This document shows positions 40,285-53,181 of a DNA stretch of 64,000 bases, piece by piece; position 1 is the stretch's first letter; each line of letters opens with the position of its first letter. The translations under genes were made by a program, and so were the position numbers. Source of the stretch: the human T2T-CHM13v2.0 reference genome, Homo sapiens; the NCBI RefSeq assembly GCF_009914755.1, contig NC_060932.1; one strand, given 5' to 3'. The notes under the pieces are model-generated. The model made no database searches and was not told the DNA's origin. It saw nothing but the letters and a program-made list of their open reading frames with translations.

Positions 40285-41700
40285 CGGTTAACTTTTTATT
40301 TTAGAATCGTTTTGGATTTATAGGAAGATTGTGAAGATAGTACAAGAAGTGCACACATACTCCTTACTCAGTTTTCCCAATTATTAACATCTTACATTAA
40401 TATGGTACATTTGTTACTGTTAACAAACGAGTACTGATACATTTTCATTCACTGAAGTCCACGTGTTCACATTTTCTTAGTTTTTTATCCTATATCCTTC
40501 TTCTGTTCCAGGATCCCATTTATAGAATTCCATATTACACTTAGCTTTCCTATCTTGTTAGGCAGCACTTGGCCCTGACAGTTTGTCAGACTTTGCTTGT
40601 TTTTAATAAACTTGCTAGTTTTGAGGAGTGCTGATCAGGTATTTCGTAGCATGCCTCACAACAGATTTGTCGGATGTTTTTCTCATGATTAGACTGGAGT
40701 TATGGGCCTTTGTGCAGAAGACCACAGAGGGAAAGTGCCATTCTCATCACATTAGTATGTCTAGCGCACACCACAGTATGTGCTATAAACGTGACTTACC
40801 ACTCTTGAGGTGAACCTTGATTATCCGGCTGAGGTATGGCTTGTCAAGTTTCTCCACTGTAAAATGACTCTATTTTCCTGCTTTCTATACTGTGCCTTTT
40901 GGAAGGAATTCACTATGTTGCAGCCCACACTTAAGTTGTGAAGAAGTGCGTGCCACTGTCTTGAAGGTAGATTTTCTATATTAATTATTTGGAATTCTTT
41001 TGCATTGTAGATTTTCCCTCCTTCCCTCCCTCCCTCCCTACCTTCCTTCCATCCTTCTTTCTTCCCTCCCTCCTTCCCTCTCTCCCTCCCTTCCCTCCCT
41101 TCTTCCTTTCTTTGCTGCTCATATATATGTATTTTATAATTGAGTTATAATTTTACTAGAGTTTTTGCTGTGCTGCTTAAATTATTCTAAGGTTGGCTAT
41201 TGGAAGTTTATTCATTTGGCTTCTGTGTTGCTTTGACATTGTTGCTACCGTGGTGTTGCCCCGGGTATTATTTTTTCCTAGGCAATGACTCAGCTGATAC
41301 AGCTGAGGAATATTTATGTTTACTAATCAATGTATATGCACTTATCTTTAAATATTTTCATATGTAAAGATTGGTATCTATATAAACATGAGTGCATATG
41401 GATGTCTCCACCTCTAATCCATGATCATGTGGATTAGTCTAGACTTTTCTCCTTGTTTATCTGTAACCTTTCATTCCAACAGTGAGAAACATGGTTCCTA
41501 CAGTTCACCATCCATTTCCTCAATTGTTCCATTCCAATATACATTATAATGGTGTCAGAATTTTTAACCCATAAGCCTATGGGAAAAATTTTTATCAGTC
41601 ATGATATAGTGCTTACATATAGTTTCTTTTGGCTGTAGTCTTAGATTTATACCTAAGTATCTTTTTGTGTATGATATTGTAAATAATATTTTAAAAATTT
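40285..41700 (-). mobile_element. L1MC/MD 3' end and UTR
   Basis: TTTTAGAATCGTTTTGGATTTATAGGAAGATTGTGAAGATAGTAC terminal motif; CTGTTCCAGGATCCCAT; internal CCTT tract at ~41015-41110. Confidence 0.8.
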
Positions 41701-42077
41701 TGAAAATGTTTTATTTTTATAGTTTTAGAGGGTACAAGTGCAGTTTTGTTACATGGCTATATTGCGTAGTGGTGAAGTCCGGGCTTATTGTGTGCCCATT
41801 ACCCAAATAGTGTATATTGCATCCAGTAGGTAATTTTTCATCCCTCACCACCCTCCCACCTTTGAAGTCCCCAGTGTCTGTTATTTCCTTCTGGATGTCC
41901 ATGTGTACTCATTGTTTAGCTCCTACTTGTAAGTGAGAACATGCGGTATTTGACTTTCTGTTTCTGAGTTACTTCACTTAGGATAATGGCATCTAGTTCC
42001 ATCCATGTTGCCTCCAGGTTGCCATAAAGGACACAATTTCATTCTTTTTCATGGCTAAGTAGTATTTCATGGTAAAT

Positions 42078-42512
42078 ATATATATATATATTTGCATATA
42101 TATTTATAATATATATTTGTATATATATTTGTAATATATATTTGTATATATATTTGTAATATATATTTGTATATATATTTATTATATATATGTATACATA
42201 CATTTAGTATATGTATGTGTATATATATTTATTATATATATATATTTTTAAAAAGCCTAAGTGGATGAAGACAGTAGAACAAAGAAGAAATTAAGGTAAA
42301 GAAGATAAGATGAAGCCAGAGGAGAGGTTATTGCATAGTATAGTGATAAAATCCTTGATTTTTTTTCACCTTTTAGGGTTTCTGGTACCTTAGATAACAT
42401 TTGGCAGTTTTCAAAGTATAAAATTATATATACACACATATATGTGTATATATATATACACACATATATGTGTATATATATATACACACATATATGTGTA
42501 TATATATATATA
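42078..42512. repeat. AT-rich (TA)n/(TATATG)-type microsatellite interrupted by a 166-bp insertion
   Basis: TA-rich runs at 42078-42245 and 42424-42512. Confidence 0.9.
42253..42418 (+). repeat. Local duplication of 44771-44935
   Basis: Direct alignment by eye: ~5 substitutions and 1 indel over 166 nt. Confidence 0.95.
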
Positions 42513-43809
42513 AAATCTATTGATGGACACTTAGGTTGATTCCATGACATTGCTATTGTGAATAGTGCTGTGATAAACATACTAGCATAGGTGTCTTTTT
42601 TATATAATTATTTGTTCTTCTCTGGGTAGATAACCAAGTAGTGAGATTGCTGAATCAAGTGATAGTTCTGTTTTTAGCTCTTTGAGAAATCTCCACACTG
42701 TTTTCCACAGAGGTTGTACTAATTTATATTCCCACCAATGGTGTATGAGGGTCCCTCTTTCTCCACATCCTTGCCAGCATCTGTTATTGTATGTCTTTTT
42801 GATATAAGCCATTTTAACTGAGGTGAGATAATATTATATTGTGGTTTTAATTTTTATTTCTCTGATGACTAATGGTGTTGAACATATTTTCATATGTTTG
42901 TTAGACACTTGTATGTATGCTTTGAAAAATGTCTGTTCAGGTCCTTTGCTCCCTTTTTGATAGAGTCATTTGTTTTTTCTTGTTGAGTTGTTTTAGTTTC
43001 TTGTGGATTCTAGATATTAGTCCATTGTTGAATACATAGTTTGCAAGCATTTCTCCCATTCTGTGTTTTTTTTTTCAGTTTACTCTGTTGATCGCTTATT
43101 TCTTTTGCTGTGCAGAAGCTTTTTAGTTTAATTAAATCCCATTTCTCTATTTCTGTTTTATTGAATTTGCTTTAAAGGTCTTAGTCATAAATTCTTTGTC
43201 TAGATCAATGTCCAGAAAAGTTTTTTCTAGGTTTTCTTCTATGATTATTATAGTTTCAGGTCTCAGATTGACATATGTAATTCATCTTGAGTTAATTTTT
43301 ATGTATGGTAAGCTATATGGGTCTAGTTTCATTCTTCTGTGTATGGCTATCTAATTTTCCCAACACCGTTTATTGAATATGCTGTCCTTTCTCTCCTGTA
43401 TATCTTTGTCAGCTTTGTCAAAGATTAGTTAGTTGTACTTATGTGGCTATATGTCTGGGTTCTCTATTCTGTTCCATTGGTCTATAGGTCTATTTTTATA
43501 CCAGTAACAAGCTGTTTTGGCTTCTAGATCCTTGTAGTATAATTTGAAGTTGGGTTAAACTGTTCCTCCCTCTTTGTTCTTTTTGCTTAAGATTGTTTTG
43601 GCTATTTGGGCTCTTTCTTGGTCTCATGTAGATTGTGGAATTATTTTTTCTAATTCTGTGAAAAATGATGTTGGCAATTTGATGGGAATTACATTGAGTC
43701 TGTAGAGTGCTTTGGCCACTGTGGTCATTTTAATAATATTGATTCTTTCAATCCATGAGCATGGAATATTTTCCACTTGTTTGTGTTATCTATTATTTCC
43801 TTTTTAAGT

Positions 43810-44430
43810 GTAATTTTTATTGCTGGCATATAAGAAAGCAATTGGCTTTTGTATATTAACCCAATATTCTGTGATCTTGCTATAATAAGTTATTAGTTCC
43901 AGGAGGTTCTTTGGTTTTTGGTTTAGGTCAGCTCTATATAGACAACCATGTCATCTGTGAATAAAGAGAGTTTGATGTTTTCCTTTCTAATCTGAATATC
44001 ATTTACTTCCTTTTCTCATTTTATTGTACAATATTTAGTACAATATCGGATAGAAGTGATGAGAACATTATCTTTGCCTTGTCTTGATCTTACGGGGGAA
44101 GAATCCAGTTTCTCAACATTAAGGATGATATGAATTACCTATTTTTTTGTAGATGCTCTTTATCAACTTAGGAAGTTGTCTTCTATTCCTAGTTTGCTGA
44201 AAATTTTTTGTCATAAATGTGTGTCATATTTTGTTACAAGCTATTTCATCATTTATTGATATGATCACATAATTTTTTTTCTTCTTTAACATGTTGATGT
44301 GATAGATTACACTGATTTTTGAATGTTGAATCAGAATTGCCTACCTGGAATAAATCTCACTTGGCCATGATGTGTAATTTTTATATACCTTTTTTATTCT
44401 ACTAGCCAAATATGTTTTTCAGTTTTTTAT
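43810..44430 (-). mobile_element. Old L1M ORF2 fragment (continuation of the host L1)
   Basis: ATGTCATCTGTGAATAAAG, TCTATTCCTAGTTTGCTG, CCTGGAATAAATCTCACTTGG. Confidence 0.8.
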
Positions 44431-46299
44431 TTTATTGCTCACCAATATGAACTCTGATCTGGTCAAGCAACCCTGTTTTCTATTACATATTCCATTTTGT
44501 TTAAATCCTACCCCTTTCTATAGATCTGCTTTCCCTTGTCTGATCTCTTCCATCCAGCGCTTCCTTATCTATTCTTCAATCTTCCTCTCTTTGGATTCCT
44601 TTAAAGGTTTGTATCTTTATACAGCACTTGAATTTGAATGCTTTGTAGATTTTCTGTAAATAACACTCTATGTTTTTATGTTTGTAAAATATCTTAATTT
44701 ATTACAGGTAAGATTTAAGACATGTTTCTTGAATACATTAAATTCAATGTGATAACACGAAATTAAAGATAAGCCTAAGTGGATTAAGATAGTAGAACAA
44801 AGAAGAAATTAAGGTAAAGAAGATAAGATGAAGCCAGAGGAGAGGTTATTGCATAGTGTAGTGATAAAATTCTTGATTTTTTTTACCTTTTAGAGTTTCT
44901 GGTACCTTAGATAACATTTGGCAGTTTTCAAAGTACCCTGACACACTTAATTTGGTGCTTAAAAAGAATAACTATGATGTCAGTGTTTTATGATAATAAT
45001 ATTATTATTGTAAAAATTATTTAAATATTTAATAATAATTATTTTGGCCAGAGTAGAAAGCCTGGATTTAAGTACTGAAGGTAGTGAATAATAAAACAAA
45101 GAAAGGAATCCCAATGAGTAAGAGTCTAAGGTCCTTTTAACATATACTCCACTTCACAATAGGATTATAAATTTGTTGTGGGGAATGGACCATGTTTTTT
45201 CCCCATATTCTTGCTGACTTGGTATTGAACACCTATATGGCCAAGCATATGCACATTGATTTGAATTCCATCTCGTTTTGAATTTAAGTTTGTAAACAGT
45301 GTGACAAGCTGGGTTAATGAGAATTTAATGTAGTAGAATATGAGCACTCAAACTTGTGTTTTGTTTCTCATGCTTTGAAGAAGTAGCTGTTCATCCTTGG
45401 GGATGAAAAATTAATGTATGCATTGTTTTAGGCTGATCTTACTCTCTCAAAAGACAAAAAAGTCATCTGATAATTTTTGGACCTAAAATACTTTATGCGT
45501 TCTGGTTAACCATTAAACCTCCTTATTAAAGAAAAAAGTGTGGTGAAAGATAATTAGACAGGGGTCCTGAAATTGAAAGTAAGGGCTGCTTTGCTTGGTG
45601 GATTAGGAGGAGATTAGGGGACATACCCTGAGATTGGGAGGAATGATTGGACTTTCAGTTTCTTTGAGTTAGTGAGAACTACCCTTAAGAGTACATAGAG
45701 AAAGTCTGGGTTGTAAAAGTACAGGAGCTCAAGTCTATAGCCTGGGAAGCCATAGACTGTCTATGTGAAGGGTCAGGGACTCCGTGGCTTGTGCAAGTGA
45801 AGAGAACCAGAGTTGTTTGGTAGACTGAGTAATGGTGATGGTGGTAAATGACCTGAAGAAAACAATCTTTCCTAACTTTTGTGTAATCCTGAGAACTCCT
45901 AGCATGTTCCAAGGTCACAAAAAGTGGCCAATTAGCATAGATAATTGAGAGATTGAATAGGACAAAATCGATTTGCAAATATAAAGAAATAGGATCTTTC
46001 TTGCACTTTGAGTGTCAAGGAGCAATCTATATCTATTACATCAGGGAAGTGCCAAGTACCACTGCTATAAGAAACTTGTCTTTTTCTTCTGAGTAGGCAA
46101 CATGGTATAATTTTTCATACCTAGCTGTCCCTTATAGTAACCCAGAAAACTTGTTAAAATACAGAATTATAGGCTGTATTCCAGTTGCACTGAATCATAG
46201 CATTGGTGTTAGAATGGAACATGGATATCTGGATTTTTTCTTCCTTGTCAGGCCTGCACTGATCTGTTAACTGCTCATAGAGAACTTCTGGTCAGGTGA

Positions 46300-46831
<532 letters not shown>

Positions 46832-47319
46832 CTATTCCTTAATTTTTCTACTTGATTTCAGGATGTCATTGGAATTTCTGAGTTATTCCACTTCTCTGGT
46901 GTGTAATATAAAAGCTCTTTTTCATGTGATGATCTGTAATTTTCATCTGTAATTGTTCTAGATTCTGACTGGCAGATCAGAACACTGAGAATGATACTTT
47001 TGAAATGACTATGTGTCCTAATCTTTGCTTTACTATCTTGGAGATAGTACAACTGAAGATGATTAAAAGATTGCTTTTTCTGAGCCTCAACCTTTTCTGC
47101 CAGCCTAATACAGAATCAACTCCTTTGAGTTTTCCAAGAATGATACTGTAAAAAGATTAAGCCATTAATCAGGTTTATTCAGGAAGGAAATGTCTATTTT
47201 GATTGTGCTAATACCTAGTCCAATGATTGCAGATGGGTTGCTTCAGTGTCCAAGGATATGTGGAGTGGTGGTTTTCTAAAATGGAAAGAATTTAGAGTTA
47301 GAAGACTTTAGCTTAAGAA

Positions 47320-47450
47320 TTCTTCCTTCCTTCTTCCCTCCTGTCTCCTCTGTTTCCTTCCTTCCTTCCTTCCTTCCCTCCTTCCTTCCTTTTTTCTTTT
47401 CTTCCTTTCTCCCTTCCTAGCTCCATATTTCCCTCTCTATTTCCCTTTAT
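47320..47450. repeat. (TTCC)n tract
   Basis: Polypyrimidine simple repeat. Confidence 0.9.
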
Positions 47451-50229
47451 TTATATTTTTTTTTTACTATATGAATTTGGTAATTCAAATTATTGCCCTT
47501 AAACTCAGTTCACTTTCCTATAGAATGAAATGGCAGCTCTTGTCTGGACTGTCTTTCAAGGAATTTTATGAGGATCAAAAGAGATGGATAATGTCTCATT
47601 TTATAAATTAAATTCCTATATAAGTATAAATATAGTGTTTATTTTCCATTTTTATGTCTTAGATGACTCTGGGGTGAGAATGCATAAGAAAAGAAAACAA
47701 ACATTTATTGGTTTGCCTGTTTACTGACTGCCCATTTATGCAATCATTTATCATTGCAAATATTAATTGAGAAGCCACAGAAGACCATAGACCCTATGAA
47801 ATTCTTGCACTTACATTATTTTATGTAATATTTACATTGGCCCTGAAAGATAGTTATTATTTTCTCTATTTAGAAATTTAAAATTCAGAAAAGATGCATG
47901 ATTAGACCAAGGTCACATGGCTAGTGGCAAGGTTGAGATGCTACTTTGGGTCAGTCTGACCATAAATAAGACCAGACAGTACATGAACAGGAAGAGAAGT
48001 GACTTTAAAAAAGATGATAAAACCTTGAGACGTTTTTGATGTCTTACCCAGACCCTTTGCTGAGTAATAGGGATTTTGTGCCTCTTACCACCTCTGCAAT
48101 TTTCCATCTGATAAAATTAGATATTTCTTAAGCCTTACCCTAAACTGGCAAAGTCATGCAGACTTATTGAAATTTGTGTTTGACAAGATGGCAATTTAAA
48201 TTCTTCTCTCAGTTACAGCTCATCCACCAGTCACCAAGTAGAACAAAATGTGGAGTGACTTGGAGAACAGGGTAACAATGGCACTTGTGAAACTGAGGCA
48301 ATGACAAATGATTCAGTGAGTTTCTATCATTTTTGGAAGGGCAGAGGCAGAAGAAACTAGGCTTTTAAGGCAAAACATACAGGATAATTGTGGCTCCATA
48401 AATAATTGTCATTCTATGGTCTTCAAGGTGGTGAGATCACACTGTGATTTCAAAATTGCAACTTAGGTCCCAACCATAAACTGCATAACTGTAGAGTCCT
48501 CACCACTTTTCTTATTGTCTTCTTTGTCTGATCCCCTGGATTTCTCATGGTGGGATGAGGTGGCAGGAGGTTCTCACATAGACTCACCATGTCAGGCTGG
48601 GTTTCAACTCACAATGCTTCATGGAATCTGCCTGAATTTCGACTTTCAGTACTCCCCCTGGGTCATCATTCCTATCATTGCTGCTTCTCTTCTCCTAAGC
48701 TCTTAACTTCAGCCTCCTCTAGGCTCTGACCATACCACTGTTGTAGCTTCTCTGTGTGTGGGTCACGTGACTCCTGCCACCAAGGTTCTTTCTTTTTTTC
48801 ATCATCACTGAACAGATTTTTGGATGAATCCTTTCATCCATATCTAAGCCCTCATTGATCTTGGTAGCTAAAAGAACCAAGCTGGGGTTCTCGGAATTAC
48901 TGTGGGCTGGAGGAAAAGAAAGTGAAGTAATGTATTCTATCACTTAATTCAATCCAATAGATTGCACACGCTGAGAAGGATTCCATGGCATTGCTGCTTG
49001 AGCCCCATTGTTGCCATCCTTTTGTTTATATGCAGCTCTTTTTTACTGGCCACAGAAGCTTGTTCAAAACTGATTTAAGAAACAGTCTCCACATGGCACA
49101 GAGGCAGGTGATCTCATGGCTTTGATCTCATGGAGACAGCAAAAGATGAGCAGAGCCACCTCCAGCTAAGTGCAGTGGCAGAGCACATAATGGCAGAAGC
49201 CCTAGTGTGGTGGAGCCCCAGCTTCTTTTAGGAAAGTCTTTATTTATTATTGTCTTGCTGAGAAATGGTGAGAAGAAATTGGACTCACCTTTTGGAGCAG
49301 AATGAAGTTGTGTTATGCTTGCTGCTCATGCCTATCTTAAAGAGATATGGAGATACTTAGAGAGATTCTGAGTACAAGGTGTGGCTGATGCTAGAATCTG
49401 TTCTAACCTTGCCAACCTGTCCTATTAATGAATCTCACAAAAATCTCCATAAGTGTGTGCTCCTCTGTGTGTAGATGTAGGCCATGAGCACTTGAGCTGT
49501 GGCACTGGACTTAAAGACACACATCTTATGTGATCATAGCAGGTTATATTAAGAGAGAATGGCTTGCTCTTTGAAACAGGACACCTTCCTCTTAAACCAA
49601 TGTTAATGGTTGTGTCTCAGTCACTACTATAGAAAGGAACTGTTGAACTGCAAGACATGCTATAGATCAGTGGCAATAACAGTAGCTAAGGAGAAGAGGA
49701 TGTCCTAGAACACTGGACAGCCTTTATATTCTCTCTCCCCAACATGATTATGGGGTTCTTAGAGTGACCATGGGAAGGAGGAAGAGAAAGTGAAGAAAGG
49801 CATTTTTGAAATAGCTGCTATATCGTCTCAGGGTCATTCATTGTTAATATTAAAAAGAATTTGCACTCAAACTGTTGAATCAGGACCTATCGAGTAATCA
49901 AGTAATTCTCCCATAGAGCCTTTGAAGTCTTTGGTTGACCTTCCTATAGTTCAACCATCTGCCACTCTATACCAGAATCCCATTTCAGGACACAGCTTAG
50001 ATTTTCCTTCTGCCTAGAGACCTCTTAGCACCTACTAAATTAGTGGATACAAACAAAGTTAGGGAGAGGTTGTAGGTAGGGCCTTGAGGCTATAGTTCAG
50101 CTAGGGCTTAGCAGGTAGGGCCTTGAGGTTAGCTTCACAGCCAGTATTTTTGGAAACATGCTTGCATACTGTATACATTTACATGTTTCTATCCATGTAA
50201 TAATTCATCCAGTAAATTAAGAAAAAATG

Positions 50230-50380
50230 GCAGTGCTCTTATTATTATTATTATTTGTGTGTGGAAGAGACTGAGGCTAAGAAGGCCTGGATGTCTTGCA
50301 TGAGGTCATGCAAATAAAGTTTGCTAAGCCAGGGTTTGAGCCCAGGTCTTCTGACTCAAATCTGGTGCTGCTTCCATGAC
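50230..50380 (-). mobile_element. MIR fragment
   Basis: GAGACTGAGGCT...GCCAGGGTTTGAGCCCAGGTCTTCTGACTC. Confidence 0.8.
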
Positions 50381-50587
50381 TGTGGGCTGCTTCTCAGGAT
50401 CAGAACCAGCCCTTATCAAAACCATGAAGTTGATGGAGTTGTCTTTGGGCTTTCACTGTTATTCCCTGTACATTTTACTCTCACCCAAATCCAGAGATCC
50501 AATATGTGCTTTCTGTTAAGTCTATTGGCTCTCACATGTGATGAAATAGAAAAAAGACATAGGCTTTGGAATCAATTTTGACACAAA

Positions 50588-50764
50588 CAGGACTGGCTTT
50601 ATGGGCTTACAAGCCAAGCACTTGCCCAGGATGCTGCCCCCAGAGAGATTTGTACTTGGTTTAATGCTCCTCTGTCTCTGTCTTGAAATTCTTCATAATC
50701 TGTTGAACACCTGGTCCTGCAGTTTTATGTTACACTGGACTCTGTAAATGAATAGCTGGTTCTG
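50588..50764 (+). mobile_element. MER45A-like MITE (second copy), inside a MIR
   Basis: CAGGACTGGCTTTATGGG...CTTGGTTTAATGCTC...TAGCTGGTTCTG; MIR core resumes at ~50800. Confidence 0.75.
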
Positions 50765-51711
50765 CTAATAAATTTAGGACTTTGGTTATGTTTCTTAATT
50801 TCTCTGGACCTCAGTTTTCACATCTGTAAATTAGAACCAGTACAGTTATCCATATCTCAAAGTGTTCTTGGGAAGAATAAATCAGATAGAATTGCAAATT
50901 GGCTAACAAGCGTTTGTACATGCGTACTAAAGATTTGTCCTCAGTAAATCTTAACCTATTTACATCTAATCTAGATGGAAACCTCTTCACTAATGCCTTA
51001 CTAGGTGAGCACTAAAACATTCATCATATCCATGCAGAGCTTAGTTTTGTGCAAGGGAAGACGGTTATTTAGATTTTGCTGTTGTGAGAGCAGATTAAAT
51101 AACAAGGGAAAAAAATTCCCTTTTCAATGCACTAGTTACCAGTCTGAACAAATGTGTAGACTTGGTAAACAGGGTGATGAGGAAAACAAATGCTGCAGCA
51201 GAAACATTGGCTGAGAAATCAGTCAGTTCTCACGACTCCCCAGCCAATACCAGGAGCGCTCGTACTTCTCAGAGCAGCACTGAGCTTGCTCAGCTACGGT
51301 TGGCCTTTGCCCTGGCCCAGTGTAAGGCGAACAATCAAAACAAAACAAAACAAACAGACAAACTAGAAAACCAATGTAACAAAGAGAAGAGAATGCAGAA
51401 ACTAAGGTCTAAAACTAAGGATGTTTTTAAAACTCTGTGTCTGGGGCTGGTCTAGCTAGTTCAAATACATTATTTCATTTAAACTTCCTAGAAACCCCAA
51501 GAGGTAGGTAATATTAGTAGCATTTTGTAGATGAGGAAACTAAGCTCACAGAATACTTACAACTTTACAGTATCCCATAGAATTGATAGTGTTTAGAATA
51601 CAAACTATTTGAAAAGAACAGAGCTAGATGAGATAATCGAGATTGTCTAGACAGTGATGTCAAATGTGTTGCATCTCATGCCTTAACTGTAAGTTTTTTT
51701 TGGTAGGGCTG

Positions 51712-52097
51712 TGCTATGGTTTGCATATTTGTCCCTTCCCAAACTCATGTTAAAATTAAGTCTTCAATGTGGTGGCATCGAGAGGTGGGGCCTTTAAGAG
51801 GTGATGGAATCATGAGGACTCTGCTCTCACTAATGGATTAATCCATTCATGGATTAATGGATTAATGGGATAATGGATTAATGGGTCATCATGGGAGAGG
51901 AACTGGTGGCTTTATTATAAGAGGAAGAGAGACTTGAGTGAGCACATTAGCATGCTCAGTCCCCTCACTATGTGATACCCTGTGCCATCTCAGGACTCTG
52001 CAGACAGTCCCCACCATCAAGAAAGCCCTCACTAGATGTGACTCCTTGGTCTTGGACTTCTCAGCTCCCATAACTTTAAGAAATAAATCCTTTTTCT
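51712..52097 (+). mobile_element. MSTC/MSTD MaLR LTR, 3'-truncated
   Basis: TGCTATGGTTTG start, GGATTAATCCATTCATGGATTAATGG, CTTGGACTTCTCAG, AATAAA; normal terminus missing. Confidence 0.85.
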
Positions 52098-52258
52098 GTA
52101 GCATGCATCACTATCTCCTGGAAGATTTTTACAGCATAGGTTCCTGAGCATCACCCACAGAATTTTTGATGCAGTCGGTCTGAGATGGGGCCTGAGAATT
52201 TGCAGGTTCCTAGCTGAGGCTAATGTTGCTGTCTGGGCCCACCCTGTGAGGACTTCCT
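52098..52258. mobile_element. MER5A-like hAT MITE fragment
   Basis: GGTCTGAGATGGGGCCTGAGAATTTGCA. Confidence 0.7.
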
Positions 52259-52420
52259 ATTGGTAACTTTCTTGACCATTGATCTGATTCCTCTTAAAAT
52301 GAAATGAAATTATTCAAACATGCATTTAAAAAAATCATACAGACTTGTTTTTTTAATGTCTGTCAACAGCACGGGATTTGTCAATAAGTTCTGAAAATTG
52401 CATCGAAAATTGTTTAATTA

Positions 52421-52525
52421 GTTCTTGTTTTGGCAGCACATGTACGAAAATTGGAATGACACAGAGATTAGCATGGCCCTGGTGCAAGGATGACATGGAA
52501 ATTCATGAAGCATTCTCTGTTGTTT
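52421..52525 (+). pseudogene. RNU6: Full-length U6 snRNA retrocopy (5' part of a U6/L1 chimera)
   Basis: GTTCTTGTTTTGGCAGCACATGTACGAAAATTGGAATGACACAGAGATTAGCATGGCCCTGGTGCAAGGATGACATGGAAATTCATGAAGCATTC aligns end to end with U6, with CpG decay and a 3-nt deletion. Confidence 0.95.
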
Positions 52526-53181
52526 GGAACCCTTCCGCATTGTTGGTGGGAACATAAAATGATGCAACCACTATGGAAAATAGTATGGAGGTTCCTCAAA
52601 AAATTAAAAATAGAATTATCATATGATTCAGCAATCTACTTTTGGAAATATATCCAAAATAAATTAAAGCAGGATCTTGAAGAGGTATTTGCATACCTAT
52701 ATTCATCGTAGCATTATTCACAATAATCAAGAGGTGGAAGTAACCTAAATGTTTGATGACAGGTGAATGGATAAAGAAATGTGGTATATACATACAATGA
52801 AATATTATTAAACTTAAAAAGGAAATACTATCCTTTTTTATTGTGTAGCACACACTACCACATGAATAAACCTTGAGGTCATTATATTAAGTGAAATAAG
52901 CCAGTGACAGAAAAGACACATACTGTGTGATTCCATTCCTATAAAGTATCAAAAGTAGCCAAACTCATAGAACCACAAAGTAGAATGGTGGTTTCCAGGG
53001 TTTGCAGGGAGAGGAAACTAGAGTTGGTGTTCAATGGTTACAGAGTTTCAGTTTTACAAGATGAAAAAGTTCTAGAGGTCTGTTGCGAAACAATATGAAT
53101 ATACTTAACACTACAGAACTATATACTTAAAAACGATGCAGAGGGTAAATTTTACACTGTGTGTATCTTATCACAATTTAA
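52524..53181 (+). mobile_element. L1MA9-L1MB-like 3' segment fused to U6
   Basis: ORF2 end [27 protein letters not shown], 3' UTR GAGTTTCAGTTTTACAAGATGAAAAAGTTCTAGAG; TSD AAAATTGTTTA at 52406-52416 and 53182-53192. Confidence 0.92.

Larger units (their letters stand above)
41708..43805 (-). mobile_element. L1PB3/PB4-like element inserted into the older L1M
   Basis: 3' end GGGTACAAGTGCAGTTTTGTTACATGG...TAGTGGTGAAGTC; ORF2 C-terminal peptide [30 protein letters not shown]. Confidence 0.9.

Noticed and set aside
51830-51885. (TAATGGAT)n array as a novel repeat or homeobox cluster
   Set aside because: As I recall, this is intrinsic to the MSTC/D LTR consensus, with slight expansion here.
52421-52525. 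Functional U6 gene
   Set aside because: Many substitutions, a deletion next to the ACAGAGA box, no upstream PSE/TATA recognised, and fusion to L1 within a TSD.
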